The translations under genes were made by a program, and so were the position numbers. Positions 35,627 through 43,074 of a stretch of DNA of 64,000 nt are shown one piece after another. The stretch's first letter is position 1; every line of letters starts with the position of its first letter. Below the pieces are notes generated by a model that was not told the origin of the DNA, did not search any database, and was given only the letters and a program-made list of their open reading frames with translations. Source of the stretch: Patescibacteria group bacterium (lineage in GTDB: Bacteria > Patescibacteriota > Patescibacteriia > Patescibacteriales > GWC2-42-12); contig JBAZFW010000001.1 of assembly GCA_041653215.1 (NCBI GenBank), positions 19,202 through 83,201 of the forward strand, in the 5' to 3' direction.

Positions 35627-36274
35627 TTATTTTAATTCAGGCTTACCAGCCTCATTTAATTTTTTATTTAAAATCTGACGTTTTTTACTTAAATTATCCG
35701 GCGCAACAAAATAAAAATCAAAAAGCTGTTCTAAAACATCAAGCGACCATTCTACTTCACCATCTTCAACATTTAGTATTTCCCCGCTATGCAAAGATTT
35801 TATTGGGTGAGCAGCAAAATTTCCTATATTTCTTATTGAATCTATGGCTCCTCCGAGCTGGGTGGGTAAATTTTTTATTGCTTCGTCAATCTCTTCATTT
35901 AAATTAGATTTTATAATACCTTGATCATGCAATAAATTTTGTAAGCATCTTCTTGCTAAAGCGGCGCCTGCTTTTTTACTTAAATTCTCAACAAGACAAG
36001 CTTCGTTATAATCGTTAGCTATTTCTGTGGGCACCTGCTCTGGACAAGGAGGGCGAGTGGCGCCAAGCGGATGAATCATCACATTGTCAAAAAATATAAT
36101 CACTCTTCCACAATTAGTACACCTACATGTCTCAAGCTCTTTTAATAAATCATTTAATCCATACCTTAAATAAACGGCTCCAAATTCGCAATTTCGATTA
36201 TCTATAGCGACTTCAAATCTATTTTGTGTTTTACAATGAGGACATATTCCTCTTTGGTTTTTTTGTATAGACAT
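35627..36274 (-). CDS. zinc-ribbon plus DUF4145-like domain protein
   Basis: 'CPHC...CTNC' ribbon. C-terminal 'AGAALARRCLQNLL...IDSIRNIGNFAAHP' matches my recollection of the DUF4145 pattern; not verified. Confidence 0.5.
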   Translation of the reverse strand: MSIQKNQRGICPHCKTQNRFEVAIDNRNCEFGAVYLRYGLNDLLKELETCRCTNCGRVIIFFDNVMIHPLGATRPPCPEQVPTEIANDYNEACLVENLSKKAGAALARRCLQNLLHDQGIIKSNLNEEIDEAIKNLPTQLGGAIDSIRNIGNFAAHPIKSLHSGEILNVEDGEVEWSLDVLEQLFDFYFVAPDNLSKKRQILNKKLNEAGKPELK

Positions 36275-36379
36275 ATATTTTAAAACTAATTAAATACATA
36301 ACCCCTTGTTGGATATCGGATTAGGCTCGCAATGACAAATTCACATTCGTAATTCGTAATTGTTAATTCGTAATTAAAT

Positions 36380-36808
36380 TTATTTCTTCCCTGTTTTTAT
36401 CTTAATCGTTTTTGGTTTAGTTCCTAACGCTTTCGGAACCACGATTTTCAAAATTCCATTAACCGCTTCGGCGCTAGCTTTTTCGCCTAAAACATGCGAC
36501 GGTAAAGGCACGCTTCTATAGAAACTGCCGCGTCTAATTTCTTTTCGGTAATAATTTTTGTCTTCCACTTCGCTTTTCTTTTCGCTTTCGCCTTTAATGG
36601 TTAAAACATTATTTTCAATGGAAATATCAACTTTTTCCGGATCAATTCCGGCTAATTGCGTTTCAATATAGACTTTATCTTTATCTTGATAAACGTCTAT
36701 GGCCGGAACGTAACCGGTAAAACCGGTTCTAGCCGGCATAAAATCTTCAAACATTTTATCCATATCCTCGAAAGATTCGAGCGATGGCATCCATTTTATA
36801 ATTGGCAT
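36380..36808 (-). CDS. Hsp20/alpha-crystallin small heat-shock protein
   Basis: 'PAIDVYQDKDKVYIETQLAGIDPEKVDISIENNVLTIKGE', 'GILKIVVPK'. Confidence 0.92.
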   Translation of the reverse strand: MPIIKWMPSLESFEDMDKMFEDFMPARTGFTGYVPAIDVYQDKDKVYIETQLAGIDPEKVDISIENNVLTIKGESEKKSEVEDKNYYRKEIRRGSFYRSVPLPSHVLGEKASAEAVNGILKIVVPKALGTKPKTIKIKTGKK

Positions 36809-36822
36809 ATATTTGTTGTTGC

Positions 36823-36929
36823 GTCATTGCGAGGAGCGTAGCGACGAAGCAATCTCACGGACATCAATCTTTTATCTAAACTTGCCATTCGTGAGATTGC
36901 TTCGCTCCTCTTGGTCGCTCGCAATGACA
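36823..36929. repeat. MITE-like palindromic element (~107 bp), intergenic
   Basis: gtcattgcgaggagcgtagcgacgaagcaatctcac...gtgagattgcttcgctcctcttggtcgctcgcaatgaca. Confidence 0.85.
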
Positions 36930-36938
36930 TCTTAAAAA

Positions 36939-37472
36939 TTATTTTTTTAATTTATAAACTATAACTTTTACCGGCTCTATAATCTTCCCATTTAATTTAT
37001 AGCCAGCCTTAATTTCTTTAGCTACTAAACCATCTAATTTTTCGTCTTCCGTTTCTTCATTGCTTAACGCATCCATTAAATTATGATCAAATTTTTTATC
37101 TTTAACCTTTATTTCTTCAACGCCAATTTTTTCTAAAACATCTTTGAATTGTTTAACTACATGTTTTACTCCGGTTAACCATTCGTCAGCCGACTCAGCA
37201 TTATGATGCGCAATAGCCATTTTTAAATGATCATATACCGGCAAAATTTCTCTTAACATCTGCTCGTTAGCATAAACCGCGAATTCCATTTTTTCTTTAG
37301 CCGTCTGCTTTAATAAATTTTGATAATCAGCTAAAGCACGTTTATATTTATCCTTAAAACTTTTTTCATCATCTAAAGTCTTTTCATCTTTTGAAATTTC
37401 CGAAATTTCATCTTCAATTTTTTCTTCATTCTCTTTATTTTTTTCTTCACTCACCCCATTAGAAGTTTGCAT
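36939..37472 (-). CDS. grpE: nucleotide exchange factor GrpE
   Basis: 'YKRALADYQN', 'LPVYDHL', C-terminal beta domain 'GYKLNGKIIEPVKVIV'. Confidence 0.92.
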   Translation of the reverse strand: MQTSNGVSEEKNKENEEKIEDEISEISKDEKTLDDEKSFKDKYKRALADYQNLLKQTAKEKMEFAVYANEQMLREILPVYDHLKMAIAHHNAESADEWLTGVKHVVKQFKDVLEKIGVEEIKVKDKKFDHNLMDALSNEETEDEKLDGLVAKEIKAGYKLNGKIIEPVKVIVYKLKK

Positions 37473-37539
37473 ATTAATTGTTTTATTTATGAATACCCCA
37501 TTTAAGTCCAGTTTCGCTAGGACTTCTAACGGGGTAAAT
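37452..37539 (-). promoter_or_regulatory. three-part leader module, grpE copy
   Basis: mRNA sense: ATTTACCCCGTTAGAAGTCC-tagcgaaact-GGACTTAAATGGGGT-24 nt-ATG CAA ACTTCTAATGGGGTG. Confidence 0.55.
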
Positions 37540-37543
37540 AATA

Positions 37544-38248
37544 TTATTTCTCCATCAATATATTATTAATAAATTTAACTAAAGCTAAATTTTTTTCATA
37601 ATCCATTCGCATCGGACCTAAAATTCCGAATAAACCGACATTATTATGAAGTTTATATTTAATTAAAATCGTACCGCAAAAATCCCCAAAAGGATTATCG
37701 GCGCCAAGAAAAATTTGCGGACCGGCTTCAAGCTTATTGTAAATACTATCAATTATTTCATCCACCCGATCAATAATTTGCGAAATGTCGTAAATTAATT
37801 GAGTCTCGTTAAATTCCGGCTGGGATAATAAATTTGAAATGCCGGTATAATATAAATTATTGCGGTGAAAAGCCCAAAAAACCGCGTTGCCGGAAACCTT
37901 AGCCAACTCTTTAGCCGTTTGCTTAAAACTTAATTCGTCTTTATTTTTTAATAATTTAGTAAAACTTTTAGTTTCTAAAGCGCCTAATTTTTTTTCAACT
38001 AAGTTTTTGATATACAAATTATAGGCTTTCTCGGTTGGGATGCGTCCGGCTGAAGTGTGCGGCTGCGCAATATAGCCGGCTTCTTCAAGATCAGCCATTT
38101 CATTTCTAACCGTAGCCGAAGAAATATTTAATTTATATTTATCAACTAAAACTTCTGACCCTACAGGAGCGCCAGTTTTTATATGTTCTTTAACGATGGT
38201 ATTTAAAATTAAAGCTTTTCTTTCATCCACCCCATTAGAAGTTTTCAT
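37544..38248 (-). CDS. hrcA: heat-inducible repressor HrcA (short, 234 aa)
   Basis: wHTH 'GAPVGSEVLVDKY..ISSATVRNEMADLEEAGYIAQPHTSAGRIPT'; CIRCE lies directly upstream. Confidence 0.88.
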   Translation of the reverse strand: MKTSNGVDERKALILNTIVKEHIKTGAPVGSEVLVDKYKLNISSATVRNEMADLEEAGYIAQPHTSAGRIPTEKAYNLYIKNLVEKKLGALETKSFTKLLKNKDELSFKQTAKELAKVSGNAVFWAFHRNNLYYTGISNLLSQPEFNETQLIYDISQIIDRVDEIIDSIYNKLEAGPQIFLGADNPFGDFCGTILIKYKLHNNVGLFGILGPMRMDYEKNLALVKFINNILMEK

Positions 38249-38314
38249 AAATTTTAGTTATTATCAACCCCATTTAGTAGTTTCTTTTTCCCTAGAAACT
38301 TCTAACGGGGTAAA
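38228..38314 (-). promoter_or_regulatory. three-part leader module, hrcA copy
   Basis: mRNA sense: ATTTACCCCGTTAGAAGTTTC-tagggaaaaa-GAAACTACTAAATGGGGT-21 nt-ATG AAA ACTTCTAATGGGGTG. Confidence 0.55.
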
Positions 38315-38323
38315 TATATTATC

Positions 38324-38362
38324 ATTATATAACATTTAGCACTCCTGTCAAGAGAGTGCTAA
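38324..38362 (-). promoter_or_regulatory. CIRCE operator overlapping a sigma70-type promoter
   Basis: TTAGCACTC-N9-GAGTGCTAA is perfect at 38336-38362. On the minus strand, TTGACA sits in the spacer, then 16 nt, then TATAAT (38324-38329). Confidence 0.9.
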
Positions 38363-38443
38363 ATAGCTAAAAAAATAGGCTAAAATGTAATAAAAAAAGC
38401 CCCTGCAGATAAATCGCAGGGGGGGTAATAATAATAAACTAAG

Positions 38444-39187
38444 TTAATTTGATGATTGGCATTCCATAATACGATAATCCTGGCTATTGGCAGTTATCAA
38501 AAAAAGAATAAAAACAAAAAAACTAGCATAACCAGGAATTTTTGGAATACTTGCCAGACCTCCTATGGACGACATAATAGCTTCTGCAACATAACCGCCA
38601 TCAAGAGGATAAACCGGAATGATGTTTACAAAACTAAAACCTATATTCATGACAATTAAATTACCGAGTAATAGCGGCTGGTTTATTTTACCAGTTGAAA
38701 CAAGAAATTTTTCGGTTAAATTTACTCTGCCGAAAGTTAGACAGCCGATTATAAAACTAAAAAAACGAAGAAAAATTTTAATGGGCGTAAATAACATTGT
38801 TCTAATAAATTCCCTGGAAGACAAACAACCCTCTCTCCAACCAACAAATTGGAAAGAAAAAATGATTGCTAGTCCCACTAAAATATTATCTCTTATTCCG
38901 GCCGTACTAACGACAATCTTGTCCCACGCTTTTCCTTGTTTTTGAAAAAGCTCAAAATTCTCTTTTGCTGGCTTAACATATGCCATTATGGGCACGAGCC
39001 TAAAACTCACAACGCATGAGGATATTTTATGCTGGTACAGCAAAGGCCCAATGCCCAGAGAAAATTCCTCAACAGTAATATTTCTTTTCTGAAATTCTCT
39101 GAAATGCCCATACTCATGAATAACAAACGTCAACTCTAAAGCAATAATAATGCAAATTGCCGATACAAAAAATTTTTTTATTTTCAA
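38444..39187 (-). CDS. M50 site-2 protease family membrane metalloprotease without a PDZ domain (TTG start)
   Basis: 'HEYGHF', 'FSLGIGPLL', 'NIIPVYPLDGG'; SD AAGGAGG. Confidence 0.75.
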   Translation of the reverse strand: MKIKKFFVSAICIIIALELTFVIHEYGHFREFQKRNITVEEFSLGIGPLLYQHKISSCVVSFRLVPIMAYVKPAKENFELFQKQGKAWDKIVVSTAGIRDNILVGLAIIFSFQFVGWREGCLSSREFIRTMLFTPIKIFLRFFSFIIGCLTFGRVNLTEKFLVSTGKINQPLLLGNLIVMNIGFSFVNIIPVYPLDGGYVAEAIMSSIGGLASIPKIPGYASFFVFILFLITANSQDYRIMECQSSN

Positions 39188-39325
39188 TGTGCTTCCTCCT
39201 TAGAATATATTTAAATACTTACTTTTAAAAAATTTAATAATTATTTGATATTACAGCCAAGATCCAAAAAAGTCAAGATTAAAAAAGAGGTTCGACCTTA
39301 ATGGCAAAACCTCGTATTCTACATT

Positions 39326-39502
39326 TTAGAAGAACGGATCATCAAGCAAAGGGTCATTTTCCCTTGCTTCAGTCCCGGCAGAATAAACTTCCCCACCAGA
39401 ATTGGCGTCCATCATAATTAGCATCGCCAATATGTTACCGACACCAAGCTTCGTGGCTTCTAAAGACCCAGAAGCTGTTCTATCATTTTTTTCCGTTGAC
39501 AT
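39326..39502 (-). CDS. 58-aa hypothetical peptide
   Basis: Start set to ATG 39502 (MSTEKNDR...), preceded by AAGGAG. Hydrophobic core 'LGVGNILAMLIMM' and acidic tail 'NDPLLDDPFF'. Confidence 0.45.
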   Translation of the reverse strand: MSTEKNDRTASGSLEATKLGVGNILAMLIMMDANSGGEVYSAGTEARENDPLLDDPFF

Positions 39503-39524
39503 ATTTACTCCTTTTTTACTGAGT

Positions 39525-40079
39525 CTAGACAAACCCACCGCTTATCTCGTCATCTCTTATAACAACTATTCTATCAAGAATCATAATACAAACCACGCAG
39601 ATAATAAACGAGATCATTCCCCAGCAAAATAAAAAAATATTGTGCGGGTATGCGCTGATGCCAGGGGGTAAAATAACTACATCTCCAATCGGACTAGATT
39701 TAAATAACGCTTTCTTTAATTGAATGAGCATTTTTAATTCGCCATCCCTTGTTGTGCCTGAAGTAATTTTTTCAAGACCTCTAAGACTCCCTTTCACTTT
39801 ACTGTACCAAAGCTTTACGTTCTCATCTTTACTTCGATAAAAAATTGAAGTATAACCTTCAGTTAAACCTTCTTGCTCAATATAAGCAACAGCCACTTTA
39901 AGGCTCTCTCTTGCCTCTTCAACTGTAACGGCTTTAGCGGCTCGTTTTATATGCTGCGCACAGTTATTATCAAAGCCAACGGCTAAGCTAAGCCTAAAGA
40001 CAGCCCAGACAACAAAAGAAATCGCGAATAGAATAAACGATACTCCGCATACTAATTTAAATGTTTTATTTTTAAACAT
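39525..40079 (-). CDS. two-TM hypothetical membrane protein
   Basis: N- and C-terminal TM helices; SD AAGGGGG. Confidence 0.5.
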   Translation of the reverse strand: MFKNKTFKLVCGVSFILFAISFVVWAVFRLSLAVGFDNNCAQHIKRAAKAVTVEEARESLKVAVAYIEQEGLTEGYTSIFYRSKDENVKLWYSKVKGSLRGLEKITSGTTRDGELKMLIQLKKALFKSSPIGDVVILPPGISAYPHNIFLFCWGMISFIICVVCIMILDRIVVIRDDEISGGFV

Positions 40080-40170
40080 CTTTTACCCCCTTTTTTATTG
40101 CATTTATTTTTATTTTTAACTTCAAATTACTTTATCATTAAGCATTCTGCATGTCAATAATTATAAAATT

Positions 40171-40197
40171 CTGGATTCCCGCTTACGCGGGAATGAC
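40171..40197. repeat. short REP-like hairpin
   Basis: CTGGATTCCCGC ttac GCGGGAATGACG. Confidence 0.65.
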
Positions 40198-40432
40198 GTT
40201 TAAAAATCACCCTGGGGGTTCGGGGGTTGGAGTTGGCGACAAGGCTTACAGTAAAAAGATAAATCAATATTATAGCCAATCGGAAACCCCCGAGACTTTT
40301 TGCTTACTTTTTAGTCATAAAAAGTAAGTCCTAGCGAAGCGACACGAATGATTATGTTCATAAAAGATATAATAAACTCATTAAACTATCTACTCAGAAA
40401 ATAGATAATACTAAGTTTATCTCACCAACCCC

Positions 40433-40461
40433 TAGATTCCGGCTCGTAGGCCGGAATGACA
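40433..40461. repeat. short REP-like hairpin
   Basis: TAGATTCCGGC tcgta GGCCGGAATGACA. Confidence 0.7.
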
Positions 40462-40466
40462 AAAAA

Positions 40467-42437
40467 TTAATTCGCCGGCGTACTGGTTGCCATATCTCTC
40501 TTAAAATACCAAGTTAAAACTTCATTAGCGATCGGCACAGCCACGCTTGAACCTTCTCCGCCAGCTTCAATTAAAATCGTAATAACTATTTCTGGATTAT
40601 TATATGGCGCAAAACCGGTAAACCAGGCATGAGTCGGCTTAGTCGTCGACCATTGAGCCGTGCCGGTTTTTCCAGCCACTTCTACGGGTACTGATTGCAA
40701 ACTGCGCGCGCTACCAGCCGTAACCGTCTGCCTCATACCTTCTCTAACAATATTTATATTTTTAGAACTTACAATATTAGATTTAATCGGCTTATTATCA
40801 ACTTCGCTAATTAATTGATCTTGGCTATTTAATACTTGTTTAATTAAATGCGGTCGATAAAGCGAGCCGCCATTGGCAAAAACCGCGGTATAGTCAGCGA
40901 CCTGCAGCGGCGTGACTAGAGTATCACCTTGCCCGATAGCTAAATGATAAGTATCACCGATATACCAAGGCTCGCCTTTAGTTTCTTCTTTCCATTCCGC
41001 AGTTGGTAAAAATCCGCTAACTTCACCCGGCATATCAATTCCGGCCTGGGTATCTAAGCCGAATAATTTTTCATATCTTACCATTCGTTCAAGTCCTAAC
41101 CCGGTAAAATCGCCGTAACCGCCGCCGATGTAATAGAAAAAGGTATTAACCGATTCGGCTAACGCCTTTCTAACGTTAGTCGTGCCATGGCCGCCGGCTT
41201 TCCAGTCAGGAAAAAACCATTGCCCTATTCTTAATCCGCCCACGCTTAAAAAACTAGTATTTTCGTCAATCACATTTTCTTCAAGCGCCGCGGCCGCAAT
41301 CACCGGTTTAATTACCGAGCCTGATGGATATTCGCCGCTTATGCAACGATTAAATAACGGGCGATCCGGATGATTGGCGATTGCTTGATATTGCTCGCTA
41401 GTCATACCTTTAGCAAAGTCGTTGTTATTGTACGACGGAAAACTCACCATAGCTAAAATTTCACCATTATTAGGGTCAAGCGCGATAGCGCAAGCTTTAT
41501 TCAAATTATTTTTTTGCAAAACATTTATTATTGATTCTTCTAATTTTTTTTGCAATTCCACGTCAATTGATAAAACTAAATTATGTCCGTTCTCTCCTGC
41601 TTCTTGATTAATAATCTTTTTTTCTTTGCCAAGCGCGTCAACTTCAATTTGTTTTTTTCCATTAACGCCTTTCATTTCATTTTCCCAAAAATTTTCTACG
41701 CCAGATTTACCGATATAATCAATCGGTAAATATTCTAAACCGAATTTAGCCAATTCTTTATCATTAATTTTCCCCGTATAACCTAAGACATGTGATAAGG
41801 ATAAACTATATAAATTATATTCGCGCCTAGTCTTATTAGTTATAACAACTCCGGGCATATTATCCGATTCTAAATAAAGCGCTATAGCTTTATCATAATC
41901 AATATTATCGGCAATAAACAAAGGCTGATATGATTCAAGCGAGCCAGTCTCAACCCCGGATAATAGATTTAAAATATCTTCTGGTTTTAAATCTCCTAAG
42001 ATTTGACTTACCCTATTAATGATAGCCTGTTTAGTCTGATTATCTTTTGGCAAGTCGGACGGCACAAAATATAATAAAAAATTAGCTGAATTTCTGACTA
42101 ACGATTTATAATTCCGATCATAAATTACTCCTCTTCTGCTTTCCATCCTTTCCACTCTAATACGATTGCCTTCAGCCAATTCATAATAATAACTTCCCTT
42201 AACTACTTGCAGCCAAGCGGCGCGCGCTAAAATAATGCCTAAAAATAAAAACAAAACTAAATTAATTTTAAAAATTTTATTTATATCAAAATTTTTGCCA
42301 ATAGTTTCCCTGGCGCTTGAAAGCTGATCTAGCCAATCCTCAGCCGAACCTCGATTTAATTTGCCAAGATTAATATCGCCTTCTTTAACCGTAAAAGGTT
42401 GACTCCTTTTAAATTGTCTTTTAAAAAAAGCGGACAT
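40467..42437 (-). CDS. mrdA: penicillin-binding protein 2 (class B transpeptidase)
   Basis: 'SGSVIKP' (SxxK), 'SVN' (SxN), 'KTGTA' (KTG); N-terminal TM and dimerisation domain; follows mreD. Confidence 0.9.
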   Translation of the reverse strand: MSAFFKRQFKRSQPFTVKEGDINLGKLNRGSAEDWLDQLSSARETIGKNFDINKIFKINLVLFLFLGIILARAAWLQVVKGSYYYELAEGNRIRVERMESRRGVIYDRNYKSLVRNSANFLLYFVPSDLPKDNQTKQAIINRVSQILGDLKPEDILNLLSGVETGSLESYQPLFIADNIDYDKAIALYLESDNMPGVVITNKTRREYNLYSLSLSHVLGYTGKINDKELAKFGLEYLPIDYIGKSGVENFWENEMKGVNGKKQIEVDALGKEKKIINQEAGENGHNLVLSIDVELQKKLEESIINVLQKNNLNKACAIALDPNNGEILAMVSFPSYNNNDFAKGMTSEQYQAIANHPDRPLFNRCISGEYPSGSVIKPVIAAAALEENVIDENTSFLSVGGLRIGQWFFPDWKAGGHGTTNVRKALAESVNTFFYYIGGGYGDFTGLGLERMVRYEKLFGLDTQAGIDMPGEVSGFLPTAEWKEETKGEPWYIGDTYHLAIGQGDTLVTPLQVADYTAVFANGGSLYRPHLIKQVLNSQDQLISEVDNKPIKSNIVSSKNINIVREGMRQTVTAGSARSLQSVPVEVAGKTGTAQWSTTKPTHAWFTGFAPYNNPEIVITILIEAGGEGSSVAVPIANEVLTWYFKRDMATSTPAN

Positions 42438-42450
42438 ATTAATATTTTGT

Positions 42451-42560
42451 TTACCCCTGTTAAATAATTTTATTAGGGATAAGATTAGCGCTCGCCCTAT
42501 GAAATACGCTTCGCGTCCCGTAGGGATTTAATGGGGCGAAGCGCTATTTAACGGGGTGAA
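42451..42560 (-). promoter_or_regulatory. variant leader structure upstream of mrdA
   Basis: mRNA sense: A TTCACCCCGTTAAATAG (also the last codons of mreD) pairs with TATTTAACAGGGGTAA 13 nt before the ATG. It encloses an inner hairpin, gcgcttcgc...gcgaagcgt. Confidence 0.4.
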
Positions 42561-43074
42561 TTAAAAATACTGGCTTTAAATTTTTGCCTAAAAAATAAAT
42601 CGCGTAATAAATAATTAAAGTAGCTAAAAGATTCATGCCGATTTGCTCTAATAAAGAAAACCAAAAAACACCGCCGGCCATCATAGCAAAAGAATTCGCC
42701 TCGACAAAAAGGAAAACAAAAAAATTGATTATTAATCCGTAAATAATCGTAGCTAAGCCGGTTAGGGCTAAAAAAGAATAAAGCGAACGATTGGTAAAAA
42801 AATGGTTTAATAAAAAATTAGCTACTAAGATAGTTAAGCTTAAGCTAAAAATATAGGCGCCAAAAGGCAAAAAAGAAAAAATTTCAAGTAAAAAACCAAC
42901 GCTAACCGCCCATAAAGCGGCTAAATCAAAATTATAAAATCCTAAAATAAAAATTAAAATTACTAAAACTAAATTTAAACTGCCTAATACGGCCGGCAAA
43001 TCACTAATCAAGGAAATTTGTAAAATTCCTAAGCTGCATATTAATATAATATTGGAAATTATTTTAACTATCAT
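42544..43074 (-). CDS. mreD: MreD-like rod-shape membrane protein
   Basis: 176 aa, 5 hydrophobic helices, located immediately upstream of mrdA. Assignment is by size and context only. Confidence 0.5.
   Translation of the reverse strand: MIVKIISNIILICSLGILQISLISDLPAVLGSLNLVLVILIFILGFYNFDLAALWAVSVGFLLEIFSFLPFGAYIFSLSLTILVANFLLNHFFTNRSLYSFLALTGLATIIYGLIINFFVFLFVEANSFAMMAGGVFWFSLLEQIGMNLLATLIIYYAIYFLGKNLKPVFLIHPVK

Noticed and set aside
36339-36379. A triple 'TTCGTAATT' direct repeat upstream of hsp20.
   Set aside because: Only three short, imperfectly spaced copies in AT-rich sequence. No second occurrence and no obvious associated feature.
40205-40330. A structured ncRNA (SRP RNA, 6S or RNase P-like) in the 387-nt gap downstream of mrdA. 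Features noted: the tcgggggtt...aacccccga stem and the cttacttttt-agtcat-aaaaagtaag hairpin.
   Set aside because: No conserved signature of the known RNAs (for example the SRP GGAA/AGCAGC motif or RNase P GAGGAAAGTCC) is present. The region is more simply explained by clustered repeat hairpins and terminators.
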